Below, one piece after another: positions 40,101 to 49,777 of a stretch of DNA of 64,000 nt (its first letter is position 1; every line of letters begins with the position of its first letter). Below the pieces are notes generated by a model. That model had not been told where the DNA came from. It searched no databases and saw nothing but the letters and a program-made list of their open reading frames with translations. Made by a program: the position numbers and the translations under genes. This stretch comes from an uncultured Chitinophagaceae bacterium (GTDB lineage Bacteria > Bacteroidota > Bacteroidia > Chitinophagales > Chitinophagaceae). Location of the stretch: assembly GCA_963835995.1 (NCBI GenBank), contig CAWIHW010000001.1, positions 1,687,700 to 1,751,699 of the forward strand, written 5' to 3'.

Positions 40101-41516
40101 AACAGCATTGGTATTTATATGACCAAACAAAGTACGAGAGCTTATCAGAATATTCAGATAAAAATGGCTACCACGTCACTTACCAATCTTGTTACGAGCG
40201 ATGTAATTAGTCCCGTCAATACTTCCACCGTGGCCACATTATCATCGTATAATACGGTAAATGGTTGGAATACATTTAACCTTGACGCACCGTTTTCCTG
40301 GGATGGCACCAGCAATATTGTCATAGAAATTTGTTATGATAACGGCACCGGCGATACTGGTGACCTTTTTGATAAAACATTTGGCTATTCGGATGGAAGC
40401 GGTGCATCCGATGGAAATATCTTATGGCAGGATAGTATTAATTGCAGCGGAACATTCACTCAAGCAGATGCAAATTATTTTTCTAATGGTATTAAGCCGG
40501 AATTGCAATTAAATGTTACAACATACGGCAACCTGATTGCCACTGCCGGTTCGCATACGGAAGATGTAGCGGATACGGGTAATTACTATTATTTTACCGG
40601 CAATAATATTATGAATAGCATCGCGGGTGCGAGTGCCGATCTGGGATGTGTAAGTTCAGATTTGTCGGGTACTGGCAATACGTGGCAACCATTTATAGCG
40701 GGCATGAGGTCGGAAAAGGTCTTTACCATTACACCTACTACTAATTCCGGTGCATCTTATACTGTCGGATTGTATTTCACAACTGCTGAGCTCGGAGGGT
40801 TTGATCCGGCAACACTTAAGATCGCGAAAACGGACGCGGCAACACTGGCGGGGGCAGATGGCACTAATACGATTATCGCGCCGACTAACTACACTCCTTA
40901 TGGAAGTGGTTACTTGTTCACTGCTTCGTTCTCAGGATTCTCTCAGTTTTTCCTCGTTGATCCTTCCGTTGTGCTGCCCATTACATTGCTTTCGTTTAAT
41001 GGTCACCTCAATAATAGCAGTATATTCCTGCAGTGGCAAACCAGTTCAGAGCATGGCTCTAAATATTTTGATATTGAAAAGTCTGCTGATGGTGTAAACT
41101 TCTATAATATTGGTTCGAAGCCCGCCGCAGGTATTAGCAATTCTACGTTGAAATATAGTTATACCGACATGCAGCCGGCCGAATTGAATTATTACAGGTT
41201 AAAGTTCGTAGATATCGATGGCAGGTTTATTTATAGCTCTACCATACTTATTAAGGATCAATCGGTTTCGCAACGGTTATGGATAGACGAAAACCCGTTT
41301 CGCAGCAGCATTACAATTCATCTTGCCAGGTTGCCGCAGCAAGTAGTGAAAACAGAATTGGTAACCATAAACGGGTCCAGAATACTCACCAAAGAATTTT
41401 CGAACACGACGTTGCTGAACCTCGATGTTTCTGGTCTGAACTTATCGAGAGGTGTGTATATATTGAGAACCGTAATCGGTAATAAGATTTATACAAACAA
41501 ACTAATCAAACAATAA
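37191..41516 (+). CDS. Large secreted modular protein: BNR/sortilin-like beta-propellers, Calx-beta domain, beta-sandwich, T9SS CTD
   Basis: SxDxGxTW repeats, VYDDAEVENSESFTL, LPITLLSF linker, LSRGVYILR CTD; start refined to ATG 37191. Confidence 0.85.
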   Translation: MRKRILTALGIITCFFAFLIFLHKNVIKDHPLKRFSATPIQISDEDGGEGEDGILAAQKMEFELTKDISLGYVPKYRLVNAYLGLIKNRNLNTPTNINALTWAERGPNTDTVGPSNGNTRADNGVASGRMRAIWVDLSDPSYHTVWIGGIDGGLWKTTDISASPATWTPINDFFSDLAISSICQDPLGTMDTMYFGTGEKTYNVDAVRGGGIWKSTDHGATWNLLPSTTSFYNVSKIICDALGNVYVATIGNNKGIQRSKDGGATWTNITPSGLNTAVTDMKLSSYGRMHIVCGYYNGPNAGYRYTDRPDIVTASGWTAPTTPFPNVKYNTELAVGPDSVLYALVADSVYQTPQIYKSTDSGAVWTATTTSPPASGGTNDLSSGQAWYNMAIAMDPADDKNVLAGGLNCYLSIDGGDTWTQVSKWIGTSSSYVHADQQTAVWNANQVLVGSDGGIFYSSDGGATFHDRNTGLRIRQLYSCAIHPTASNYFLGGAQDNGVNQFKTAGLAGITEVTGGDGAFVHIDQDEPQYQFGSYVYNQYRRSTDGGNSWTYINYSNSVGQFVNPTDYDNVNNKMYCGGSSNQYIRWENPQTGSLFTPVTISAFSGAVRSVTVSPYTSNRVFFGTNSGKVVQVDNANSASPTATNITGSGMSAASILCIAVGTNDSNLLAVFPNYGVSGHVWVTSTKGGSSGWTNITGNLPDIPVRWAMFYPDDNTKAIIATEMGVYETSDINGSSTVWTRDASFPIVRTDMLKYRKSDGTVAAATHGRGLWTANIPLTTPYIRFASNYNEQTESTTTTSGCRAYTDYTVNMTIDAAPIGDATVTLSVSPTSTAKQGADFDFTTNGNFTSPSSTLTFPDGSTTSEPVTIRVYDDAEVENSESFTLAYNVSGSTNALAAPSSPSYTFTIDDNDVAPNSTGPTNTYTVGSAVYYLNAGAEAPPFNAVLPSQRSQMLYRASELTGAGITAGIINSIGIYMTKQSTRAYQNIQIKMATTSLTNLVTSDVISPVNTSTVATLSSYNTVNGWNTFNLDAPFSWDGTSNIVIEICYDNGTGDTGDLFDKTFGYSDGSGASDGNILWQDSINCSGTFTQADANYFSNGIKPELQLNVTTYGNLIATAGSHTEDVADTGNYYYFTGNNIMNSIAGASADLGCVSSDLSGTGNTWQPFIAGMRSEKVFTITPTTNSGASYTVGLYFTTAELGGFDPATLKIAKTDAATLAGADGTNTIIAPTNYTPYGSGYLFTASFSGFSQFFLVDPSVVLPITLLSFNGHLNNSSIFLQWQTSSEHGSKYFDIEKSADGVNFYNIGSKPAAGISNSTLKYSYTDMQPAELNYYRLKFVDIDGRFIYSSTILIKDQSVSQRLWIDENPFRSSITIHLARLPQQVVKTELVTINGSRILTKEFSNTTLLNLDVSGLNLSRGVYILRTVIGNKIYTNKLIKQ

Positions 41517-41524
41517 TTAATTTT

Positions 41525-41549
41525 AAAGGCCGGGCTTCCGGCCTTTTTT
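41525..41549 (+). terminator. Intrinsic terminator
   Basis: AAAGGCCGG-GCTT-CCGGCCTTT followed by a T-run. Confidence 0.8.
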
Positions 41550-41566
41550 GTAAATTATTATGGCTG

Positions 41567-42064
41567 ATGAAAAGACTCAAAAGATCACTTTTTTATTTTT
41601 TCATTTCTATTCATTTGTTCGCATGTGCTCAATCGAAGAGCGTGATCAAAAATGCATGCGCCACCTATACGATTCATATACCTGGCAATATTCCTGTAGA
41701 TCGCAATGGCAATGAAATCCCGCTTAGAGATACCGTTTTGATAATTTATATTGAAACAACATCACCAGACATAACCTGGAATAGGGCATGGCTGAATGGT
41801 AAAACTTACTCGGTTATACCAACGCTCATTGATTCCAATTACGTTGAAGCAGGTATAAAGCAAATCAACAATGAAAAATTGGTCATTAAAAGTTCAGGCA
41901 ATGATAAGTTGTGGCGGCTGCAACTGATTCCTGCTGAAAAATTCGAATTCGCTCCTGCAGAGATACAGCGCGGTGAATTACTCATTTCGGGAACATATAA
42001 GAACAGGAAAATATTGCAACGAATTAATTCAATGACCGAATTAACAGGTATCCCTACGCCCTAA
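41567..42064 (+). CDS. Hypothetical lipoprotein
   Basis: Basic N-terminus, hydrophobic stretch, LFAC lipobox. Confidence 0.65.
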   Translation: MKRLKRSLFYFFISIHLFACAQSKSVIKNACATYTIHIPGNIPVDRNGNEIPLRDTVLIIYIETTSPDITWNRAWLNGKTYSVIPTLIDSNYVEAGIKQINNEKLVIKSSGNDKLWRLQLIPAEKFEFAPAEIQRGELLISGTYKNRKILQRINSMTELTGIPTP

Positions 42065-42083
42065 ACATAGAAAACAGGAAAGA

Positions 42084-42647
42084 TTACCTGAGCTTGTGGA
42101 TATAATCGTTGTTGGCGAATTGTTTTTTAACATCATTCAAATCGCGTAATATACTTGCATCTACGAGTTTGCCATCCATTTCCAAAACAAAACCGCCTAT
42201 TAGGTTTTTATCCACTTTCGCTTCGAGCTGAATATCTGTTATGGAAGCGGCGTCCTGTATTTTTTTAATGAACAGGTTCTTTATGTTGTCAGACACCGGC
42301 AAAGCTGTAGTCAGCTTCACTTTGTGGATTCCTTTGAAACTATTGTATTGGTCAATGAAGGAATTGATTATTTCAGGCAGGTTAGACTCACGCCCCTTCA
42401 CACAAAGAAGCCTTATAAAGTTCAACGCAAGGTCAGATATCTTTCCCTGGGCTACCGCAGTGACGATCTTTATTTTTTTATCATGTTTAATGATCGGACT
42501 GTCCAGCATCAATACAAAATCTCTGCTCACTTTGCAAATAGTTTGCAGGGTAAGAATATCCAGGTGTATTGCGTCCAGTCGATTGAACTCGATGGCGAGA
42601 TCTATCAGGCTTTTGGCGTATCTTTCTGCTAACCGGTGATTCTGCAT
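42084..42647 (-). CDS. atpH: ATP synthase F1 subunit delta
   Basis: LAERYAKSL, LIGGFVL, DASI. Confidence 0.95.
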   Translation of the reverse strand: MQNHRLAERYAKSLIDLAIEFNRLDAIHLDILTLQTICKVSRDFVLMLDSPIIKHDKKIKIVTAVAQGKISDLALNFIRLLCVKGRESNLPEIINSFIDQYNSFKGIHKVKLTTALPVSDNIKNLFIKKIQDAASITDIQLEAKVDKNLIGGFVLEMDGKLVDASILRDLNDVKKQFANNDYIHKLR

Positions 42648-42664
42648 TTCTTACTTCGGCTTTA

Positions 42665-43159
42665 TTAGTTCAGGTCAATTTTTTCTGCGAGCTGATTGAT
42701 GTATTTTTCCTGCTCTTCCTTGCTGGCCAGTTCGCGGTGCAGTATTTTTTCACTTACTTCAATTACGAGTTTGCCTACCTGATTTTTCAATTCAATAATA
42801 GAAGCCATCTTCTGCTGATTGATTACCGCCTGGGCATCTGCAATCATTTTATTGCCTACCACCCTGGCTTCTTCGCGGGCATCATTGATAATCTTATCGC
42901 GAATTTCTTTTGCTTCTCTCATCATTTGTGATCTCTCTTCACGCGCCTTATTCAGTAATGCTTCGTTTTCATTCTTCAGGTTCGCCATTTCCTGCTTTAC
43001 CCTGTCTGCCGTTGCGATAGACTCATTGATATTCCTTTCTCTTTCTGCAAGCGAATCCAATATGGGCTTCCAGGCAAATCTTTTTAAGATGAGAAATACT
43101 ATGACAAACACCAGCAGTGTCCAGATGATAAGACCAAAGGAGGGAGTAAGTAAATCCAT
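42665..43159 (-). CDS. atpF: ATP synthase F0 subunit b
   Basis: N-terminal TM (GLIIWTLLVF..KRFAWKPI) and coiled coil. Confidence 0.96.
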   Translation of the reverse strand: MDLLTPSFGLIIWTLLVFVIVFLILKRFAWKPILDSLAERERNINESIATADRVKQEMANLKNENEALLNKAREERSQMMREAKEIRDKIINDAREEARVVGNKMIADAQAVINQQKMASIIELKNQVGKLVIEVSEKILHRELASKEEQEKYINQLAEKIDLN

Positions 43160-43279
43160 ATAACGAGTTTAAATTTTATCTTTTATATAAACGCGACTAA
43201 TTAAGTACAACTATCAAAAGTAAGACCAGCCAAATTGAGGGACTGATCAATTCCATAAATTTCCGTTTTACTCTTAATA

Positions 43280-43318
43280 AAAACTGCACCCGCCGCCCTG
43301 TGCTTAGGGTGCAGTTTT
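43280..43318 (-). terminator. Stem-loop / partial terminator between atpE and atpF
   Basis: AAAACTGCACCC...GGGTGCAGTTTT 12-bp stem with a T-tail on the minus strand. Confidence 0.7.
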
Positions 43319-43329
43319 GACATTGTTTC

Positions 43330-43584
<255 letters not shown>

Positions 43585-43618
43585 TTATACTGTTTAAAAA
43601 AAATTATTCAATTAATAA

Positions 43619-44722
43619 TTATACAAAAGCGATATCGTCTTTATCCGCTTCAGCTCCATCGTGATTGTGAGAACCTTCCATTGCCTGCCCGACAAATACC
43701 GCCGTTAAGTTGGTGAAAATATATGCCTGGATAAAGGCTACCAATATTTCTATAAAGTAAATGAAAATAGCGAATGCCAGGGATACGGGAGCAAATCCAT
43801 AACCGATCCATTTGTTCAGTGCACCAAAAATAAAGATCAACGATATTAAACAAATAATGACGATATGTCCGGCGAGCATATTCGCAAACAGACGTATCAT
43901 TAATGCAAAAGGCTTGGTAAATATTCCAAGTACTTCAACAATTACGAGAATCGGTTTTACCCACCAGGGTACATCAGGATTAAAGATGTGGCCCCAAAAG
44001 TGCTTATTGCTGCTGAACATTATCACAATAAATGAAATGACTGCCAATATCATGGTAAAGGCGATATTGCCGGTTACGTTTGCCAGGCCCGGAACTAACC
44101 CAAAAAAAGTATTAATTAAAATAAAGAAAAATATGGTAAGCAGGTAAGGCATGTATTTCGCATAACCTTTACCGAGGTTAGGTTTCGCTACATCATCGGC
44201 TATGAAATTCACAACGACCTCAATCGCATTCTGCGTCCCTTTCGGCGCCCTGATTACACCATGCCCTTTCTTATATTTTTTCGCAATGGAGATCATCAGC
44301 CATACGAATAGAAAAGTGGCAATAAACATTTGTATTACGTTGCGCGTTAGAGAGATATCATAAACTTTAACTGCGGGATCTACCGGAACAATTTTCCCCT
44401 CCTCCAGTTTATATCCATCTACTACAGCATCGTGATAAAAGGCAGATGACATGAAGACCGAAAATCCTTTCTGCGGCGAGTATAAAATTACCGGTAACGG
44501 AATTACAGCTTCATGTTCCTCTCCGTCGCTGCTCTTATATGTAAGAAAATGAAACTCATGCGCATCTTTTACGTGGCCGAAAATAACCTCGTTGGCATCA
44601 AACCCTTTTTTGGGCTCGTTGGCCGAAGCTTCTTTTTCCTGTGCAAAACCACCCAGGCAGGAAAACAATAAAAAACTGCTGAAAGCCGCTACCAACATAG
44701 ATTTCAACCGATTTTTCCGCAT
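43619..44722 (-). CDS. atpB: ATP synthase F0 subunit a with Bacteroidota-type N-terminal extension
   Basis: KPFALMIRLFANMLAGH, AFIQAYIF; start refined to ATG 44722, downstream of the -7 box. Confidence 0.95.
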   Translation of the reverse strand: MRKNRLKSMLVAAFSSFLLFSCLGGFAQEKEASANEPKKGFDANEVIFGHVKDAHEFHFLTYKSSDGEEHEAVIPLPVILYSPQKGFSVFMSSAFYHDAVVDGYKLEEGKIVPVDPAVKVYDISLTRNVIQMFIATFLFVWLMISIAKKYKKGHGVIRAPKGTQNAIEVVVNFIADDVAKPNLGKGYAKYMPYLLTIFFFILINTFFGLVPGLANVTGNIAFTMILAVISFIVIMFSSNKHFWGHIFNPDVPWWVKPILVIVEVLGIFTKPFALMIRLFANMLAGHIVIICLISLIFIFGALNKWIGYGFAPVSLAFAIFIYFIEILVAFIQAYIFTNLTAVFVGQAMEGSHNHDGAEADKDDIAFV

Positions 44723-44741
44723 CTGTTTTCTCAATTTGGCG

Positions 44742-44749
44742 CAAAGATA
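44742..44749 (-). promoter_or_regulatory. -7 element TATCTTTG of the atpBEFH promoter
   Basis: TAnnTTTG match 20 nt upstream of the atpB ATG. Confidence 0.6.
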
Positions 44750-44883
44750 AGTGGTTTGCATGAGGATTTGTAAGGACGATAATTTAATTTTTTAATAATG
44801 CAGACCCGGCTTGTTCGGGGTTGTAGGCAATCGCCGTCGGATTAAGTAAATTTGCAATGCCTTTAAAGGGAATTATTGAAATA

Positions 44884-45114
44884 ATGCAGACCGTGAAAAT
44901 AATATTAGCCGCTCCTTTTATAGCTCTTATAAAATTATATCAGCTCATCATTTCTCCATGGATGGGGCCGCAATGTCGTTTTACTCCCACCTGCTCGCAA
45001 TACGGTATCGAAGCATTGCAGAAATATGGACCAATAAAGGGCCTTTGGCTTGCTATTAAAAGAATTTCCAAATGTCATCCCTGGGGGCCTCACGGGCATG
45101 ATCCTGTTCCATAA
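44884..45114 (+). CDS. yidD: Membrane protein insertion efficiency factor
   Basis: [26 protein letters not shown]. Confidence 0.93.
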   Translation: MQTVKIILAAPFIALIKLYQLIISPWMGPQCRFTPTCSQYGIEALQKYGPIKGLWLAIKRISKCHPWGPHGHDPVP

Positions 45115-45139
45115 TGAGAAACGGTTAGATACAATCAGG

Positions 45140-46231
45140 TTAGTGGAGCTTTTTTCTTAAAAGATATGATTCATAGTACCGGTAGCTTATCACACTTATC
45201 AGGTAGCTCATCGAGATACATATAAAGGCCGACACGATTGTAGCGGTTGTATTGGTAAAATTTGCTTTTTGTGTGAACCAGTTGACAAAACGTTGTTGAA
45301 AAGCTATTAGTATCAGCCAATGAAAAATATAGAAGCCATAGGAAATTTTCCCTGTAAATTTTAGCCACCTCCAATTAAAAATACTTAAGGCAACTTTGGA
45401 ACTGTTATTAATGATAACATCTATAAGACCTGCAAAGAAAATAGCGATTATGGTAAATCCCATAGTATCAAAGAAAGGATTGGAGATGCCACTTGCACTT
45501 CGTGTGAAGAAAATTCCGGCGATGATGCAGAGAAAGGCGGCAAAGTAACAGTTCGTATTAATTGACTGTTCATCCTTCTTGTGTCGTATAAATAAAACCG
45601 ATCCTATTAAAAATCCATCCATTCTGCAGAAGGTATTGTAAAAATAATGCCGGTAATCCTGCCAGGCAGGGTAGTAAAAAAATATCAGGGACCTGTAAAT
45701 GATGATCAATGCTATGATTACGAGAATCAACTTGGCGAAGTATTTTTTTTGCCAAAAGAAATATAAAAACCAGGGCCATAAAAGATAAAATTGTTCTTCC
45801 ACCGCAAGAGACCAGAAATGATCAAGGAAATTTTCTTTAACGCCACTGGAAAAGATCATGCTCCAGTTTTGTACGAAGAAAACAAAGCTTGCCCAGTTCC
45901 GATTGTAAAATGTAAACAGGTGAAAGTTTTCCTTTTTAACCAGGAGATTAAATGACAAATAAAAAACCGCAAGCACTAAATAATAAATCGGCAAAATTCT
46001 CAGTGCCCGGTTTATGTAAAATTTTTTTAAAGGACTTTTTTTCTGCTGCAGAGCAATCAGCCGCGACGTAATCAGATAACCGGACAGCACAAAAAACAGA
46101 TCGACCCCACTCCATCCAAAAGAAAACGCAGCATAATTGCCAAAGTAGTGAAAGGTAACAACCAGAATAATTGCCAGTCCTCTCAGTCCATCTAACTGAG
46201 GAATATATTGTTTTGTAATATTAGAGCGCAT
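45140..46231 (-). CDS. Acyltransferase family 3 (OafA/YrhL-like)
   Basis: LDGLRGLAI, GVDLFFVLSGYLIT, HFWSLAVEEQFY. Confidence 0.93.
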   Translation of the reverse strand: MRSNITKQYIPQLDGLRGLAIILVVTFHYFGNYAAFSFGWSGVDLFFVLSGYLITSRLIALQQKKSPLKKFYINRALRILPIYYLVLAVFYLSFNLLVKKENFHLFTFYNRNWASFVFFVQNWSMIFSSGVKENFLDHFWSLAVEEQFYLLWPWFLYFFWQKKYFAKLILVIIALIIIYRSLIFFYYPAWQDYRHYFYNTFCRMDGFLIGSVLFIRHKKDEQSINTNCYFAAFLCIIAGIFFTRSASGISNPFFDTMGFTIIAIFFAGLIDVIINNSSKVALSIFNWRWLKFTGKISYGFYIFHWLILIAFQQRFVNWFTQKANFTNTTATIVSAFICISMSYLISVISYRYYESYLLRKKLH

Positions 46232-46253
46232 ATCGAAACTGATAAAACCGGTT

Positions 46254-47789
46254 TCAGTTAAATTTTAAACGATTATTCCGGGGTAAATATCGCCTAAAAT
46301 AGCCGTTGGGTTAAAAACATCAGCGCTGTCCAAAAGAAGATCCTTTTGAAAAGGTGTATTATAGTACAAGACGTAGTAGTTAATGTGGTATCGTTTGATC
46401 GCATCAATAATTTTCTAGTCAGTATAGTCGGTAGTGAAAGGTCCATACTGTCTGTTGCGTGAAAGAAAATTAATAATTACCGACTCGAAAGATTTTCACT
46501 GCTTTGATTACTGTACAGCAGGTTGCCGGAAATATGATTTTTCTTAAATGCATCTGCTATCTGAAAGTAGCGTTTACCTGAGCCATATTGGTTCTTCATT
46601 TCTATTATTGGGTATATCCAAAACTTACTAATAATGATCAGGCTGAAAATATACAACAGCTTTTTGGTGAAGTTAAAATGATTGATTAATGCAGAGATCA
46701 ATATACCCGAAAGCAATAGTACAGTCAGGCCAATAATCCATAAGTAGCGCGATTCCACATGAAAGAATAAATACCCCAGCGGAAAGATTATGATGAAGCT
46801 AAGCAATAACATTGCTTTTCTTTGATCAGGATAACTTTTGTAGAAAAAAATACTAGCCAAAATGATCACGATAAGCCCAAATGAGAAATCGTTAAAGCTG
46901 TGTATAGCCTCAATGATGTTAAAACCGATAAGCTTTAATTGTGCAACGAAAACCTTCTAACTCGTAAACGGCGTAATGGGAATTTGCTTCTTGTAAGTAA
47001 TGTCGTCAAATACAGAATACGCCCCCCGGGAATGGTGGTGCATAAAAGACCTCCCGTGGTTGCGCATATGAATAAGAAAGAGAGCCGGTAAAATTCTGCT
47101 GTCCTAGGAAAAAGTGACCATATTTGACGTTGAGCACAGCCAAACGCCGGCTACAACGACAAGGGGTATTATACCCGTTAATGCTTTTTTTAAAATATTT
47201 TCCAGGCGAATTTATTATCACTATTTCTTTCTGCTACATAGATGGCAACCGGTAAATGTAAAAGTGCAAAATAAAATGTATATGCCTTGGCATAAAAAGC
47301 AATGCCCGCTATAAATCCTGCTAATAAAATTTTTTTATAGCTCTTACTGAAGCTATCTGAAAAAATAATATTAAGATAGGTTAATAAGAATACAAGCACC
47401 AGCAGGCTGGCAAATAAGCGGGAGAAAGTAAAATCTAAAATGAGTATGACGGCACTCAATGTGATCGCCATTTCGATAAAAAACCGAATCCGGAATTTCT
47501 TTACCAGGTAAAAGAATGCAACAATAGATACTGCTCCGTATTGGCCATTTAAATATTTGGCAGCGAGTATTTCATTGACATGCAGTTGTATCAGGGGTAG
47601 CAGCAACCAGGATCCTAAAGGACTCCAGATACCATTGATCGAGTTGAAGAAATTTCCTTTTACAATCTGTTCAGCCACACTAAAATAGTCGGTGGAGTCG
47701 GGATCGATCACATACCGAAACCCCGGGAACAAAACAAAGAATAAGATACAGTAAATAATAAGAAAAAGAAAGAGATGTTTTGGTTTCAT
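46254..47789 (-). pseudogene. Disrupted multi-pass membrane protein, GT-C/ArnT-PMT-like glycosyltransferase (~500 aa when reassembled)
   Basis: N-terminal DPDSTDY loop motif; the reading continues across frameshifts near 47190, 47130, 47020 and 46480 and in-frame TAGs at 46957-59 and 46415-17. Confidence 0.7.
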
Positions 47790-48385
47790 TATTTTTTTTC
47801 ATTGAGGGTCATCATTCGATGCACGTATTTGCCCAAAATATCAAACTCTATGTTGGCTATGTAGCCTGTTTTGGTGCTTTTAAAATTGGTATTACTAAAA
47901 GTATAAGGAATAATTGCCACCGTAAAATTATTGTTTGAAACATTAAATGCTGTCAGACTTACGCCATTTAGGCAAACTGATCCTTTTTCAATTATGAGTG
48001 GAGCAAATTTCTCATCGAAGCTAAAAATGAATTCAATGCTACCCTGCCTGTCTTTTCTGTCAGTGCATATGGCGGTACTATCCACATGCCCTTGCACTAT
48101 ATGTCCGTCCAGCCTTTCCCCTAGTTTCATAGAGCGCTCAAGGTTTATTGTATCTCCAATTTGCCATTGACTAATATTGGTTTTACTGATCGTTTCCTGT
48201 ATGGCTGTTACTCTGTAGATATTACCTTCAATTGCTTCCACGGTAAGGCATACTCCGTTGTGGCAAACACTTTCATCCACCTTTAGGTCAGGTGTAATGC
48301 CGGTTTCTATCGAAAAAATTTTATTGGTTTTATCGGAACCTATTTTGACGATTGTCCCTAAACTTTCAATGATACCAGTAAACAT
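47789..48385 (-). CDS. ribE: Riboflavin synthase alpha chain
   Basis: MFTGIIE, NGVCLTV, DGHIVQGHVD, NIEFDILGKY. Confidence 0.96.
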   Translation of the reverse strand: MFTGIIESLGTIVKIGSDKTNKIFSIETGITPDLKVDESVCHNGVCLTVEAIEGNIYRVTAIQETISKTNISQWQIGDTINLERSMKLGERLDGHIVQGHVDSTAICTDRKDRQGSIEFIFSFDEKFAPLIIEKGSVCLNGVSLTAFNVSNNNFTVAIIPYTFSNTNFKSTKTGYIANIEFDILGKYVHRMMTLNEKK

Positions 48386-48420
48386 TGTGCTATTACATTT
48401 CTAAATTTAAAAAATTACCT

Positions 48421-48428
48421 TATCTTTG
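48421..48428 (+). promoter_or_regulatory. -7 element TATCTTTG upstream of rpsU
   Basis: TAnnTTTG match. Confidence 0.65.
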
Positions 48429-48452
48429 CATCCCTAAAAATAAAAAATATTT

Positions 48453-48650
48453 ATGCTCATTATTGATTCAAAGGATTGCGAAAATATCGATAAAGCGCTC
48501 AAAAAGTACAAGAAGAAATTTGAGAAGAGCCGTACGTTGTTGCAGCTTCGCGATCGGCAATCATTTACCAAGCCATCTGTAAGAAGACGCAGCCAGGTAT
48601 TAAAAGCTGTTTACAGGCAGCAAATCGCCAGCGGGAAAATCGAACTTTAA
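48453..48650 (+). CDS. rpsU: 30S ribosomal protein bS21
   Basis: ENIDKALKKYKKKFEK..FTKPSVRRR. Confidence 0.95.
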   Translation: MLIIDSKDCENIDKALKKYKKKFEKSRTLLQLRDRQSFTKPSVRRRSQVLKAVYRQQIASGKIEL

Positions 48651-48719
48651 TATATCAACTCCGATCATATATCTGTGCGGATAGCATTAGTTTACTAACT
48701 TTACGCTATCCGTTTTTTT

Positions 48720-49622
48720 ATGCAACCAACCGAGCCATCCTCTGTCCGAACGTTTTTAGATTATATCACGTTTCAGAAGCGCTATTCCCGGCACACTATT
48801 ATCTCTTATCAAAACGACCTGGTGGCTTTTTTTGATTTTATTGCTGTTCAATATCAAAATATAGCTCTGCAGGAAATTTCACCGGCAGTGGTTCGGTCAT
48901 GGCTCGTCTCTTTGAAAGAACAGGCTATTACTTCCAAATCCATTAACCGGAAAATATCCACGCTAAAGTCTTTTTTTAAATATCAATTGAAGATGGGGAG
49001 GGTAGCCGTAAACCCGATGTATTCAATTGCTTCACTCAAGGTAAACAAGAGGTTGCCATCTTTTATTGAGCAAAGAGATATTAATACGCTCTTCAGCCAT
49101 GTCGAATTTCCGGAAACATACGAAGGGAAGACTGAAAGATTATTATTAATGATCTTTTATCAAACAGGTATGCGCCTGAGTGAGCTGATTAGTATTAAAG
49201 AATCGCATATTGACAAGAGTAATAGGAGTATTAAGATATTGGGAAAGGGCAACAAGGAACGGATCATACCCTTGGGTGCTGCCTTGATTCAGGAAATTGA
49301 CAATTACATTCCGCTAAAAAGAGCTGCTGTGAATGTACAGGAAAATCCGTATTTATTGGTAAGCACAAAGGGCAGAAAACTATATGGGAAATACGTATAT
49401 AATGTCGTAAAAAAGTACCTCGGTAATGTTTCTACCAGTGAAAGAAAAAGCCCACATGTGCTGAGGCATACTTTCGCAACACATCTTACAAATAATGGTG
49501 CGGACATAAATGCTGTGAAAGAATTGTTGGGGCATGCCAGCCTTGCTTCCACACAGATTTATACGCACAATTCAATCGATAAGTTAAAAGAAATATACAA
49601 GTTGGCCCATCCGAAATCATGA
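48720..49622 (+). CDS. xerC: Tyrosine recombinase XerC-like
   Basis: TGMRLSEL, GKGNKER, HVLRHTFATH, LGHASLASTQIY; conserved rpsU-xer-hpf context. Confidence 0.88.
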   Translation: MQPTEPSSVRTFLDYITFQKRYSRHTIISYQNDLVAFFDFIAVQYQNIALQEISPAVVRSWLVSLKEQAITSKSINRKISTLKSFFKYQLKMGRVAVNPMYSIASLKVNKRLPSFIEQRDINTLFSHVEFPETYEGKTERLLLMIFYQTGMRLSELISIKESHIDKSNRSIKILGKGNKERIIPLGAALIQEIDNYIPLKRAAVNVQENPYLLVSTKGRKLYGKYVYNVVKKYLGNVSTSERKSPHVLRHTFATHLTNNGADINAVKELLGHASLASTQIYTHNSIDKLKEIYKLAHPKS

Positions 49623-49777
49623 TTTATATCAGGCAAATTTTGTATCAAATTTATTTTGAAAAATCATGTCTGAAACGTAATTTAGTTCACATGGATTATA
49701 ACTGCTCACCTTCACTTAATTCATTGACCCTTGTAGGTACAATTAATCCAGTTTTTTTTACATTTAAAATACATTCC

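Noticed and set aside
44600-44722. Signal-peptide-like N-terminus on AtpB
   Set aside because: A known feature of Bacteroidota subunit a, so not novel
46415-46959. TAG read-through or recoding in the GT-C gene
   Set aside because: The gene also has frameshifts, and intact genes here (susD, DadA-like, rplA) use TAG as a normal stop
48429-48452. Shine-Dalgarno-based autoregulatory site upstream of rpsU
   Set aside because: The leader is A/T-only (AAAAATAAAAAATATTT); no SD is visible
48720-49622. Tyrosine recombinase next to tRNAs as a prophage or integron integrase
   Set aside because: XerC-sized, in the conserved rpsU-xer-hpf-tRNA-tuf context, with no phage or cassette genes nearby
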